Part shown: positions 35,683 through 49,845 of the stretch, piece after piece
Layout of the letters: each line of letters begins with the position of its first letter
Numbering within the stretch: position 1 is the first letter of the stretch
Source: Octopus sinensis
Lineage: Eukaryota
DNA: 64,000 nucleotides
Direction of reading: 5' to 3'
Assembly: GCF_006345805.1 (NCBI RefSeq)
Contig: NC_043019.1
Span: forward strand, 15,127,360-15,191,359
The notes under the pieces: model-generated
Told to the model about the DNA's origin: nothing
The model's input: only the letters and a program-made list of their open reading frames with translations
The model's database searches: none
Translations under genes and position numbers: made by a program

Positions 35683-35988
35683 TGCAAGCACTTAAATACA
35701 CGAGTTTCCCATAATTAGAAGAACTCACACCGAAAAGAACCCCATTTGCTCCAGTAACCAGAATGTCAGCCAAAAAATTATTAGATTAATTAGAAAATGA
35801 TTTCGGGGCTGATATTTAGTAAATTAAGCTTAACCCAAACTGCTTACCTCATTTCAATAAATTTATTCTTTTGGAAAAGCAACATGGACTTGAATGAACC
35901 TTACCTGGAAAGACAAAAAGAGAGAATCACATATAAAAAGAGAATAAAAACATTATTGAAGATATTACATTATAATGAAATAAATCAC

Positions 35989-36043
<55 letters not shown>

Positions 36044-36279
36044 TTTTTTTTACTTTTTTGCCCTCAAGGGGCTAAACATAGAGGGGACAAACAAGGACAG
36101 ACAAAGGGATTAAGTCGACTACATCAACCCCAGTGCGTAGCAGGTACTTTATTTATCGACCCCGAAAGGATGAAAGGTAAAGTCGACCTTGGCGGAATTT
36201 GAACTCAGAACGTAACAGCAGACAAAATATCGCTAAACATTTCGACCGTCGCGCTAACGTTTCTGCCAGCTCACCAACA

Positions 36280-36311
<32 letters not shown>

Positions 36312-36656
36312 GGCAGCAAGCTCTTTAGTAGAGTACAGACTGTTTGATGAAGGAGAGCAAACCAAAACTTTGAAGTTACTGTTAAGACATTCTACGGTTA
36401 TGTTATAAGAAATTGGCATTCCAACCACATGGTTCTGAGTTCAGTCCCACTGTGTGTCACCTTGGGCAAGGCAGAAACTGGAAAAAGTTTGTCGTGTGTG
36501 TGTGTGCATGTGTCTGTCTTTGTGCCTGCATTTGTCTCCCATTATGGCTTGACTACCATTATTGATGTGTTTATGTTTCTATGACTTAGCAGTTTGGCAA
36601 AAGAGACCAAGAGAATAAGTACAAGGCTTAAAAACAAAAACAAAATAAAAATAAAA

Positions 36657-37015
36657 CAAGAGCACTGAGAGAGCGCAAACCTCTGCCAAGGCAACGCCAA
36701 CGTCCTCTCAACGATTAGCTGGAGATGATTTTTAAAATGAGAATATCTGAAATAAACTCGATTGCTCGCACAAACGAGAATAATAAAAATGAACCTGGCT
36801 ACTCTCAAAAATTAAGTAAGAAAGCAGGAAAAACAATCCAGAATCCTTGTCCAGTACTGGATTAACCCCAAAATCTAATCAGTTTGTGCCAGTCACGAGG
36901 CCAAACATCCCTGAAAGTTTTATCCAAATCCATCCAGCGGTTCTTGAGATATCTTGTCTACGGACAAACATGACTGAAAACAATACCGCCATCTTCACTA
37001 AGGTGAAGGTAATAA
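36657..37015 (+). mobile_element. Non-autonomous Helentron/Helitron-like element
   Basis: Starts ACAAGAGCACTGAGAGAGCGCAAACCTCTGCCAAGG and ends with the hairpin CTTCAC-taag-GTGAAG then GTAATAA. The layout matches Helentron-associated elements; this is recalled, not aligned. Confidence 0.55.
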
Positions 37016-37876
37016 AATATGCCCTAGGGTATTGAAGTAGGTGCATTTAATTAAAAATTCTTCAGAGCAGTGCCCCAGTATGGCCACAGTCTAATGCCTG
37101 AAACAAGTAAGAGATAACAGATATATATGTGTGGGTGTGTGTGTGCATGTGTGGTCACCAGAAAGCATGCAAAGATGCTATAAATAATTCCATAATATAC
37201 TCCCCGGGCCTCATCATTGTGTGTGTCTCTACATACACAGATACATATGTTATGGTACCCTAAACGCTCTTGAGTGCAGCGAAGTAGAAAAAACATGGAT
37301 GGATCAAAATAGCATCTGAAAGGGTTTTAAATGTAATCACAAAAGTGTAGTACATCGTTCCTAAGAAAACAGAAAACCTACGTGAGTCAGATAACAGACC
37401 GGCAAGATACAGAGACTCCTTTAAATAAATAGGCTTCAATATGATATGTGATTTATATATATATGCACACACACACACACACATATACACATATATATAC
37501 ACACACATATACACACACATATACACATAAACACACGCATACATATATATACACAAACATACACATATATATAAACACATGCACACATATATACACACAC
37601 ACACACACACATATATATACACACACACATATACATATATATATATACACACACACATATACATATATATATATACACACACACATATACACATATACAT
37701 AAACACACGCATACATATATATACACAAACATACACATATATAGAGAGAGATTGAACAGAGGTGGAGAGGAACAGGGGGAGAGAGGGAGAGAAAAGGAGA
37801 CTATGAAAAGAAGCTTAAATAAACCATTGAAGATTGCATAACGCAGAACAGAACTCAACCTTCCCCCCTCTTTCTC

Positions 37877-37912
<36 letters not shown>

Positions 37913-39879
37913 ACAGCCTCCAAAATTAGGTCCTTTAAAAGTAAAAAGCTGAAACACTGTTGCATCAATATTGACAGTAAAAATACGAATTCTTTTATCT
38001 CTCGTATTTAATAATATCAACAGAATTAAGGTGAAAAATAAATAACTAAACATATAAATAAATAAAATGAGCCAAGGGAAGTAACTCAAATGAAACACCT
38101 GGTCAGCGCTGACCTACCAGATTTATGCTCAAAGGTGTTCCAGCCACGACCATCTCCTCTTTTGTTCAGACACAGTGTATCTAGGACTAGATTGTCTAGG
38201 GTTAGAACATTATCAATGTCACGTACCTGAGCCCTGGGAAAATCCAATGAGGACATTTAAGAGTGTTCCATCGACATCTTGAAGGGATTTTCCCAGGGCA
38301 TAATTCCACAGCTAATAAGTGTATAGGCAAAATGCTTGGTGGCATTCCGTCCGTCTTCATGTGCTGAGTTCAAATTCCGCTGAGGTCGACTCTGCCCTTC
38401 ATACTTTCGGGGTCGATAAATTAAGTACCAATGGTGAGCAAGACACTAGCAAAGCAATCTCTCCTCAAGAAGCTTGCTTCCCAACCACATGGTTCTGGGT
38501 TCAGTCCCACTGTGTGGCACCTTGGGCAAGTGTCTTCTACTATAGCCTCGGGACAACCAAAGTCTTTTGAGTGGATTTGGTTGATGGAAACTGAAAGAAG
38601 CCTATCATGCGTGTGTGAGTCTTTGTGTCTGTGTTTGTCACCCCATCACCTCCCACCCACCCCCATCACTGGCAACTGGTGCTGGTGTGTTTATGTCCCC
38701 GCAACTTAGCAGTTCAGCCTAAGAGATCAATAAAATCAGTACATGGATCAATATGTTCAAATGAAAATTTTTCAAGGCGGTGCCCCAGCATGACCACAGT
38801 CTAATGACTAAAACAAGTAAAAGAAGGCCATGGAACCATCCAAGAACAGACAGATGCAGAAGCACAGTGCAAAACGGAAATAAAGACGTTCCTAAAAATA
38901 ACAGATTGGTCATGGCTGGAAAACGTTTGATCACAGACCATAGGTCTGCTCAACCAGGGTTGACCTGGGGCTAAAAAACAACAGCAGCAACAGTATCAAG
39001 ATGCTTTAATAGAAATATCTTTTTGGCAATGATACTTCAAAGGCATGGTGCTGAAGTCTATTAAGTTCTTTAGGGAGTCTTTATCAACCATCCTTGCCCT
39101 CTACCCCCCACTCTCTCTCTCCTGTACTTTACTTAAAGACAGCCAAAAAACACAACCCCCGCCAAAAAAAAAAACAGGGAATTACTTTGAGTCTCATGCA
39201 GTCGGTGGGGCAGAGCTGTGTATTACTACAAATACATTAAGACATTCGGGTTGTTTATCAGATAACAAGATACCCAAATGGCACACTTATTATGTGATAA
39301 CACCCAGAACATGGATTTTTACAAAGGAGGAAAATATATTAACACCGTTCCCTCGCTCCCCACGCACCTCCACCCCCACCCCACCCCCACCTCACCACAA
39401 AAAAATAAGATACTGACTTTGAACCGCCATCACCCCACACTACCATTCCTTTAACATCACTGCTTTCCCCCTACCCCCGTACAACCTATTCCTCCACCAT
39501 CAAGACTACAACATCCATCACACCCTTTCACTACAACCAGAATCAAATTGCTTGTTATAACAATAAAAATAAAAAAGAAACTGTAAGGAGAGAAAGAGTT
39601 AAAACCAGTTGCACCAATCTCTCTATATAAAGCTGAAGTTGTCTGTGTATGGCAGGTTTGGTAGCCTTCAACTAACACTGTCTCCTCCGAGACCCTGCAG
39701 CGCAAGTTGACCAAATTGAGAGTATGATAGAAGAAGGCTTGCTCTTCCTTCCGTAGAAGAAAAAATTCAAATTGGACCATGTTAACAGCAAAAATTATTT
39801 ACATCAAAAAGGTGCTTTTTTTCTATGACAATCCCTATTTTTTTACGATTTGGCACAGAGATATTCACATACACATACA

Positions 39880-40537
39880 GTTACATACACAACCTCAGAT
39901 CCTTACATACACAACCTCAGATCCTTACATACACACGAAGTCAAATACACCTCAGAGACACACACTCACAGTTACATACACACACAGTTACACGCACGTG
40001 CACACACAAAGCCAATCACATACAGACATAGAGAGCTCCTCACACACATACACATAATTACATACACAACCTCAGATCATTACACACACAATGTCAAACA
40101 CAGTTACGTACACCTCAAATCCTTACACACACACCAAGTCAAAAACATCTGACACACACATACACACAATTACATACTTACACACATACAATCACACACA
40201 CTCAAAGCCAGTCACATACAGACAGAGAGATCCTCACATACATACACATAATTACATACACAACCTCAGATCCTTACACACACACACACACAAGTCAAAA
40301 ACATCTGACACACACACACACATACACACAATTACATACACACACATGTACAAACACACACAAACTCAAAGCCAATCACATACAGACACAGAGAGCTACG
40401 CACACACAATTTGTTTGGTACAGAGATATTTACGCATGCACACACACACACACACATACACAGAGTTACATACGGACATACAGAGCTGCTGGCACTCAAA
40501 CACACACACATACATACACACCAAGTCAAAAACATCT

Positions 40538-40579
<42 letters not shown>

Positions 40580-40580
40580 A
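39880..40580 (+). repeat. CA-rich degenerate minisatellite
   Basis: Recurrent CAACCTCAGATCCTTACA and AAGTCAAAAACATCTGACAC motifs embedded in (CA)n. Confidence 0.8.
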
Positions 40581-40946
40581 GCACGTGCACTCTGGAGTAT
40601 TGTCAGCTGGTTGAAACCAAGGTTATGGAAAAAAGAGAGAGGAAGAGAGACAGTAGTAGAAGGAGAGAGAGAGAGCAAGAAAGAGAATGTATGAGAGTGA
40701 GTGACAGAAGAGAAAGAAAGAAAGAAAGAGAGAAGTAAGGGAGAAGGAAAAAGCGAAAGTGCATGAGAAAGAGAAAGAGAAACTGATAGACAGAGAGAGA
40801 GGGGGGGAGATAGTGTAGTGTGACATTTGTTGAGTGTGTACACATTTTTCTGTAGTTCTCACTGATATTTGACGCCACACCGTTTTCTGAAGGAGGACAA
40901 GCACAGCCACAAATGAAGAAAGGTCGGTGGGGAGGGATGTATGGGC

Positions 40947-41003
<57 letters not shown>

Positions 41004-43372
41004 TGACAGGTGGTTGTGGTGGTGGTGGTGGTGGTGGTGGTAGAGGAAGAGCTTAGGGTTTCAGGGGTGAAAGGTCCCAGTTTGTTCGATGTCAGGATTA
41101 TGTCAGAGTTTAAACCAAAAGAGTCTTGAAATTCAAGACAGAAGGTTAATGGAAGCAAAGTTACAGGAAAGAAACTAACAAAAAAAAAAGAAGAAAAAAA
41201 TTCAGTTTAAAAACCAAAACCAAGGAGACATTTCAATTTTGTTTTGGTTTTGTTTTGTTTTGTTGTTTTTTATTTTCATTTTCGTAGTGGTGGTGGTGGT
41301 GGTGGTGGGAGGGGGAGTTGAAAATTGTTTGTTGGGTGATTTGATCGGGGATTCGGAGATTCCATGTCGAGAGATTGAAACAATTACATCATGGCGTAGT
41401 CATCATCATCGTCACCATCATCATCATCATCATCATCATTTAATAAGGCAGCAAGCTGGCAGAATCGTTAGCATGCTGGGCAAAATGCTTAGCGGCATTT
41501 TGTCCATCTCTTACATTCCAGGTTCAAATTCCAGTGAGAGCAACTTTGCCTTTCATCTTTTAGGGGTCGATTTTTATAAGTACCAGTTAAGCACAGGGGT
41601 CGATGTACTCAACTAGACCCCCATCCCTCAAAATTTCCCACAGTGAGAAGGACCCTAATCATCATTTAATGTCTGGGTTCCAAACTAGCATGGGTTTGAC
41701 ACTTAGACAGGATGTGACAATTCTGTTTAGTTTTATTCCTTAATATTGGATTTCAAATTTTGGCACAAAACCAGTAATTTCAGGGGACATGTAAGTCAAT
41801 TACATTGACCCTGTTACTCTACTGGTACTCTTTTTTATCAACCCCCAAAAGGATAAAAAGCAAAGTTAACTCCAGCGGTATTTGAACTCGGAATGTAAAC
41901 TCGGATGAAATGCTACTTACCACACAGCTACCCTGGCACCTATTTGTTTGCTCTGTTGGGACATAAATAACCCAACACCAGTTGTCAAGCACTGTAGGGG
42001 GATGACACCACAAAGACACACACACACACACACACACAAACACACATACACACACATATATATATATGATGGGCTTGAACGCAGTTTTCATCAACAAATT
42101 CTACTCTACACACAAGGCACTTGTTGGCCCAGTCTACAGTGGAAGATACTTGCCCAAAGTGCTACACGATGGAACTGAACCTAAAGCCAACTTGTCGCAA
42201 AGCAAGCTTTACAGCCACACTGCCATGCCTACACACACACACACACACACAATTACCGCATTGACACAAATCCTGACTTCTCAATGACACTGTATTGAAC
42301 TTCATATATTATAATAATTATCATTTCTGCTCATCTGAGTCATACCTGCCTCCATATCTCTCTCTCTCTCTCTCTCTCTCTTTATTCCTCTTTCCCTCCT
42401 CCCCACTCTCTCTCCCTCCTTACCATGACTTTCAAAACAAATTTACATCTCAATATTTCTCTTTTATTTGAAAATTTAAACTTCAATATATCTAACGTCA
42501 TCGTTACACACACACTCACACACACACAAAGACATACACACACACAAAGACATACACACACACAAATAGAAATTAACTAAATATTTTTTTAATATATATG
42601 TATATAAAAAATGGAAAGGAGCAGATATCTGTCGGAAAGAATTAAAATGTTTTTGGTGTTATTTCCTGCCATATTTAATGGATTGAAATAAAAGTGAGAG
42701 TGAGGTGAGAGGGAGGGGGAGAAGAGGATCTTGAGGAGGTGGAGGGAGCAGAGAAGAGTGTCTTGGTAAAGGGGCTGCAGAAAAGAGGATTCTTTAGGAT
42801 AGAAAAGGGGCAACTGAGAGGTGGAGATTTAACTGAATGGTATTTGCTAATTAAATTAGAAAGAAGTCAAAGAAATAAAAGAAGTAAAAGAAAGGAAGTA
42901 AAAGGAATAAAAGAAGTAAAAGAAAGGAAATAAAAAGAATAAAAGAGGTAAAAGAAAAAGGAAGTCAAAGGAATAAGAGAAGCAAAAGAAAAAGGAAGTC
43001 AAAGGAATAAGAGAAATAAAAGAGAAAATAAAAGAAAGGAGGGGTGCTAAACAATGAAGTTTCTGAACAAGGAAAGAAGTGTTCGCTCAATTATTTTTGC
43101 GTGATTTTTGTTAATGTTTTGCTTTCCTTCAAAAATTTCTGTTTCCTTCATCTCATTTAGTTATTTATTATATATTTGTATATTTTATATCTGCACTTTG
43201 TGAGTGATAGTGTCATTGGCTACAGGTTTTCAGAGAGCTAATCATGAGTCTGCTGTGAAAATGACAAGGGAATGTCTGTACAACTTGGAGTTGAACAAAT
43301 ACTACCACAGAGTAAGTTTTCTATTCTATATTTTTGATGTGAGGAATTATGTACATTATTTATAATAGACGG

Positions 43373-43510
43373 ATAGGTGTCCTCACTTTGTTTGTTGTCA
43401 TCACAACTCTTCAGCTGATGTACTCTCCAGTCTTCATCAGGTGTTCTGGTGGAATTTTGAACCCAACTCTTTATTTGACTAATAAGGTACTCTGTTCTCA
43501 TTCAAAAGGT
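43373..43510 (-). mobile_element. Hammerhead-like repeat, inverted copy
   Basis: Reverse complement of 43682-43818. The motif at 43443-43402 has a mutated GAAAC. Confidence 0.7.
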
Positions 43511-43565
43511 ATTCTTTTCCACTGAAGCTATTTTTTCTGTTGATATCATTCCCCAAGTAGGCTAC

Positions 43566-43860
43566 GGGCATATAGTGTAGTGGATAAGAGTGCAGGCTAC
43601 TAACCCTCGGATTCTGAGCTCAATCCCAGACAGGGACTCGAAAAAATAACATCAACAAAAAAAAGTAACATCAGCAACGTACCTTAGGAATGAGAACAGA
43701 GTACTCCATAAGTCAAATAAAGAGTTGGGTTCAAAATTCCACCAGGACACCTGATGAAGGCTGGAGAGTACATCAGCCGAAATGTTGTGGTAAGAACAAA
43801 TAAGGTGCGGACACCTATCATTGTCCATTGTAAATAATATAGAGTAATTTATATTCGAAA
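43566..43860 (+). mobile_element. tRNA-headed element with a minimal hammerhead-like core
   Basis: Box A-like TAGTGTAGTGG (43573-43583) and box B-like GAGCTCAATCC (43616-43626). Motif at 43748-43789 is CAC-CTGATGA-A-GGCTG-gagagtacat-CAGCC-GAA-ATGT-T-GTG. Confidence 0.65.
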
Positions 43861-44124
43861 ACACCAAAGTGGAGATTATTATTGTTTTTATTCATTTATT
43901 TTGCCAAAAGATACAGCCATGTATATTTGATTATCTTTTGTTGGTGTTAGCAAGGGTATCAAGCGATGGAAACCAAACCAAAAATACAAAGTGCAAGCGA
44001 GATGTGCCACTGCGACCCATCCAAGAGAGCAGCAATGCTCCCAATGTAACCCATATTAACATGGAAAACAAATGTCAAACGACGATGATTAGGATGGTGG
44101 TGATGATGGTGAATGTAGTGCATG

Positions 44125-44158
<34 letters not shown>

Positions 44159-44261
44159 TTATGGCAGTTGTCCATGCAGTTTCCATCCTTCAAGTTCCAC
44201 AAATTCCTCTCACGAGGTTGTGGTCAGCTTGAGATCATAGATGACACTTATCTGTGGTGGT

Positions 44262-44262
44262 G

Positions 44263-44348
<86 letters not shown>

Positions 44349-44372
44349 ACACACACACACACACATACACAC
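44262..44372. repeat. (CA)n microsatellite
   Basis: Directly visible. Confidence 0.95.
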
Positions 44373-46104
44373 ACTGTGATCAATCAAGGCACCACACAGA
44401 CTCAAAGAGAACATCTTCAAGACAAAACCAGGCCAGCACCCGTTATGACTATTTCAACCAAAATAGTTTCTGGGGCAAATCCAGGAAGCAAAAAAAAAAC
44501 CCCCAAAAAAAATTAAACAAAAAAACAAAACAAAATACATTCATCAAACTTCGTAAGTGGAATGGTTTCTGTGAAGGTTCCAACAGTAATGGCCATGAGC
44601 CAATTGTGAAGAACTGGCTTCACCAATTCCTCAGCTACAGAGACTAACATCTGTTGAATTTTAGGTTTTCGCTTTTTATCAATTCCACCTTCATCTCTTT
44701 AATATCTTTATATACACACAGCCTGCCACTGTGTGTGTGTGTGTATACATGTATATGCATACGTGTGTGTGCACCTGTATGAGTATGTGCATACTGCATG
44801 TGTTTGTATGTATATATATGTGTATAGATGTCTTTACTGATGTGCATGTGTGTGTGTGTGTCCACCTGTATGTGTTTGTGTATGTGTGAGCATACACGTG
44901 TGTAGATGCATGTATGCCCACATGTGAGTGTGTGTGTGTGTCTGTTGGTATATGCGTGTTGCATGTATTTGTATGTATGTGTGTACAATTGTAATATTGA
45001 TGTGTGTGTGCATGCATGTGTGTATGCGTGTCTGCATACACGTATGTATATATGTGTGTGTGTGTGCCTGTATGTATATATATATATATATGTCTGTTGA
45101 TATATGCATATTGCATGCGGTTATGTATATGTCTATGTCTTTATTGTGTGTGTGTGAAACGGTGGGCACACACACATGTGTATGCATCTGTACGTAGTTT
45201 TGTGTCTGTTGATATATGTATATTATGTGTGTGTATGTAGAGGTGTATGAGTGTCTTTATTTATAAATGTGTGTGGATGTGCGTATGACTAAGTGTGTGT
45301 GTGTGTGTGTACACAACACTGCATGAGTCAAAAGCACTGAAATAAATTTGAATATTAAAAAAAGCTTCAGCTGCAAAAATGAACGGTAAGAATGAAAACA
45401 CCATTCCGCCTATGTTTTGATGTGCAGATAAAATAGGTCTAAACACATACACTCATGTATGCGTATATCTATATATGGACACACACACACACACACGCAT
45501 ATATACACACATGAAACTCATCGCCGTCGTCGTTTAACGTCCACTTTCCATGCTGGCATGGGTTGGACGATTTGACTGAGGACTGGCAAGCCAGAAGACT
45601 GTACCAGACTCCAATATGATCTGGCAAGGTTTCTACAGCTGCGTGCCCTTCCTAATGCCAACCACTCCGAGAGTGTAGTGGGTGCTTTTTATGTGCCACC
45701 GACACATACATATCATCATCATCATTTAACATCTGCTTTCCGTGCTGGCATGGGTTGGACGGTTTGGCAGGAACCAGCCAGGAAGAAGATAACACCAGGC
45801 TTCTTTCAGGTTCCATCTACCAAATCCACTCACAAGGTTTTGGTCAGCCCAAGGATATAGTAGAAGACATTTGCCCCAGGTGACATGTAATGGGACTGAA
45901 CCCAAAACCATGTGGTCGGGAAGAAAACTTCTTACCACACAGCCATTAGCTATTGTAGTTCAGTTCTAGGTCACTTCTCTTCTGAAGACATTCCAACCAT
46001 AACCATCCAGCTTGTTTTTATTTTTTTTAAATCTTTTTGTTTTTATAATTTCACATGTAATGTTTCTTTTATTTTTTAGATATAGTCAACACAGAACTTC
46101 ATTA

Positions 46105-46320
46105 TACCAATCACCATCACCATCATAACCATCACCATCAACATCATCACCATCATCATCACCATCATCATCACCATCACCATCATAACCATCACCATCA
46201 ACATCATCACCATCATCATCACCATCATCATCACCATCACCATCACCACCATCACCATCATCACCATCATCACCATCACCATCATCACCATCACCACCAT
46301 CATCACCATCATCATCATTA
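46105..46320. repeat. (CAT/CAC)n compound repeat with a 60-bp higher-order period
   Basis: The block TCACCATCACCATCATAACCATCACCATCAACATCATC recurs exactly 60 bp apart. Confidence 0.9.
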
Positions 46321-47073
46321 CTTTACAACCACTTTCCAAGCTGACCCAAATTTTCAGGGAAGATTTGGCAGCTATTTCTAGTAGGTCAAGCAATTACCTT
46401 CAAACTTCCTTGTTCGCCCGTCTGCCCGCCCGTCGTGAAGTTGTTCTGCCGGAATGTTGGCAGGTCAGCAAGACACTTGTCACTGCTCTAGGCACAACGC
46501 CAAAGAACCTCTCCTGGTTGGTCTATATGCATATCGTGACCAAACACTACTACTTCTACTACTACTATTATTATTATTGTATGAATTCCAATATGACATG
46601 CAAACTGTCCTACTTCCAGTAGAAATTGCTCGTTAGTCAGTTAACGCAGTAAGTGTTGATGAAAGAATCCAAACTGTCGCAAGATCTTTACTACTAAAAT
46701 ATTCAGTTTTAACACACACGTGCACACGCACGTGTGTGCATATGTACGTGAGAATTTTAAAAAAAGGGGGCCTTGAATAAATAAGGAGACAACGGAATTA
46801 GTCAAAATGTAATTTTAGGATCATTAATTATGAATGAGTGTAAAAACTTAATTAGATCCAATTTATTTTTGTCACTTGTAAAAACACATATACATGTGTG
46901 AGTGTGTACACACAAAACATATACATACATACATATATACACATAAAACATATATATATACATATATACACATAAAACATATATATATACATATATACAC
47001 ATAAAACATATATATATACATATATACACATAAAATATATATGTATATATGTATATATGTATATATATCTATA

Positions 47074-47131
<58 letters not shown>

Positions 47132-47950
47132 CACATTTATACACACACACAAAACATATACACACATACATATATAAACATAAAACATATATATATACAT
47201 ATATATACATAAATATATATATATATATGTATGTATATATATATATATACACACGTTTATACACACACACAAAACATAAACACACATACAAACATACACA
47301 TAGAATATTATATGTATGTATGTATATATCATAGAGAAGAGATACTGGAAGTGAGAATATGGTAGCTTTAAACTAGATATCATGATGTTTTAAGAAGCAC
47401 TATCTGTGATGATGACGATGATGATGACAGTCTTTTCTGGCTTATTTTATTAGCCTGGTGTGTGTGTGTGTGTGTGTTGTGTGTACACTCACTTTGCTTG
47501 AAAACAGGTGAGAGTTGGTGACAGGAAGGGCATCTCTGGCCACAGAAAATTTGCCCCAATGAATTTCCATCTGACCCATGCAAGCATGCAAAAGTAGAAG
47601 TGAGAAATTTTGTAATCCCGTCAATGATTCTCACCTGGATCCCTTATGACTCTTGGGGGTCCATTATGACCTTTGGAGATCCATATGACCCTTAGGGGTC
47701 CATATGAGATTTCATTACCATAATTTATACACAAGGTAGCAAGCTGGCAGGATCATTAGGACATCAGACGAAATGCTTAGCTGGATTTCACCTGTCCTTA
47801 CCTTCTGGGGTCAACTTTGCTTTTCATCCTTTGGGTGAGGAATTGTAAAATAAGTACCAGCTGAGCCCTGGGTCTTAATGTAACTAACTTAACTACTCCT
47901 GAGTATGAGTACAAAAACTGCATCCCTTTGCCAAGCCATCCTGAGCCAAG

Positions 47951-48310
47951 GTGGCAGAGTTGGCCCATCAAACCAGTATGGTCTCAAGCTCAGGTTCATG
48001 GCCTCTGCATCAGACCATGGTTGATGGAGAGAACATGCCGAAGCTTTCGACTTGCAGTGGACAAAACATAGGCAATCCAATCCAATTTATGAACAAGAAA
48101 CCAAGTGACAGCAGAGAAAGGCTCAACGGAATCAACCTTGACCGCCACCAACATCACCATGCAGTCAATGCCATCGATTCTTCTGAGCAAGAATCAGTCC
48201 GAAGAGTCATCAATGCCATCACCATAATTCTTGGATATGAGACGATGCTGACAACAATAAACAAGATATTTCAACAATTTTTTTGTTACACAATTCCTAA
48301 TAGTATTTAA
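47951..48310 (+). other. Non-repetitive open frame of unknown identity (candidate decayed TE fragment or exon)
   Basis: 119 codons without microsatellite content. No motif recognised. The last codons run into a hAT MITE segment. Confidence 0.3.
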
Positions 48311-49114
48311 TTCTGAAAATATAATAGGGTGTTTTTAAACACTGCAATGGCTATGAGGGTCCAGTTGAGTAAAATTGAATTCAAGAGGGGGGTCGATAGA
48401 TGAAAAATGGTTGAGGGGCACTGGAGGAAAGCAGTCGAGACAAGAGAAACAAGAAGAAATAACTCTTCTGAACCAGAATGATTCTACATTATCCCAACTC
48501 TCTCTCTTTCTCTCTCTCTCTCTCTCCATTTTCTTCTTCTTCTTTTTCTTCTTTTTCTTCTTCTTCTTTTTCTGTCTATTGTGTTTTCCTAGACCCACCC
48601 AGCCTCTCCAATGTCCAACACTAACTAAAACTAACAATCCTTCCTTCCCTGCACATCATTTGTCCTTGTGGAATTCCTTCCCACCACCTACATTTTTTTT
48701 TTCTTTCTGCAGACGTTGACAAACAGAAGTTCAAACTGAATATCAGAAATATCAATGTCACCAGACTAGTGGTGATAGCGGTGGTGGTGGGGGGATACCT
48801 GCCAAGGGGTACAGGGTAGATGGAGAGACCAAGAATGTCACAGGGTACACGGAGAACTCTACTAAAGTCAGGGTACTCAGACAAGCCTGCTGGCCTGTTA
48901 CAGTCACGGGGTACTTTTAGAAGCTTGATAAAATCACAGCCTAATCCGAGGGACCTAAGATCTGTTTCCTCTTCACAAAACCCTAAACATCAACAGTATT
49001 ACTTCACATCAGTCTCATAGGGCTTCGTGTGTGTGCGTACATGCACACACATATATCTCTATGTATGTGTGTGTGTGTGTGTAAATATATATGTGTGTAT
49101 ATATGTTTGTTTGT

Positions 49115-49520
49115 AAGTAAACATGAGATCTGGGTCACTGATTGGAGACATATGGAAAAGCAGGAACGGTTTTACCAATGGTGTTTCAATCGCATGCTGG
49201 GGACCCAATGGCACATGTATTTAAGTGACACTGAAGCCCTCAAACACAGTCAATCTATCACAATAGAGTCCCTAGCACGCCAGCACTGATTACAATGGGA
49301 TGGTCATGTGGTCAGAATGGAAGATGGTCAGATCCTTAAGCAATTGTTGCAGTGAGTTAGCCCAGGGTAAAAAGACCAGTGTACAATACAAATTGAAATT
49401 GAGGTTTAAGGACTGCATCAAGAATACACCAGAGAAGGTCTAAATCCTGGAAAATGGAGAGGAAGCCCTCACTCTAGATTGTCGATAATGGAGGAAAGCA
49501 GTGCATGATGCGAAGAGGGA
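49115..49520 (+). pseudogene. BovB-like RTE LINE ORF C-terminal remnant
   Basis: HEIWVTDWRHMEKQERFYQWCFNRMLGTQWHMYLSDTEALKHSQSITIESLARQH*LQWDGHVVRMEDGQILKQLL matches the RTE pattern ETW..YRRH...ERFHQRCLR.IL.I.W....N.EVL......IE......LRWAGHV.RMED.R.PKQ. Confidence 0.85.
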
Positions 49521-49599
49521 ATTCAAACATCCGCACAAAATAGCGTGTGTGTGTGGTGTGTGTATCATCATCTTTTAATGTGTCTTCCAAGCTGGTATG

Positions 49600-49845
49600 G
49601 GTTGAGTAAAGGGAAAGTTACCTTCTCAAGTTATGCCGACTCATAAGGGTCAGTCTCTCGGTTTCTATGGCGTATATATTCCCCCTGGGGCACCAATTCC
49701 TCACAGGATTACTCATTATTGCAAGCTGAATGGACTGGCGCAATGTGAAATGAAGAACACAATGTATTGCCTGGTCCAGGAATCGAAACCACAGTCTTAC
49801 GATTATGAGTCCAACACCCTAACCACTAAGCCACGTGCCTCCACT
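49600..49845 (-). mobile_element. SINE family C
   Basis: Reverse-complement similarity to 26668-26930 (GGAGGCACGTGGCTTAGTGGTTAGGGTG...GTTTCGATTCCTGGACC). Confidence 0.75.
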
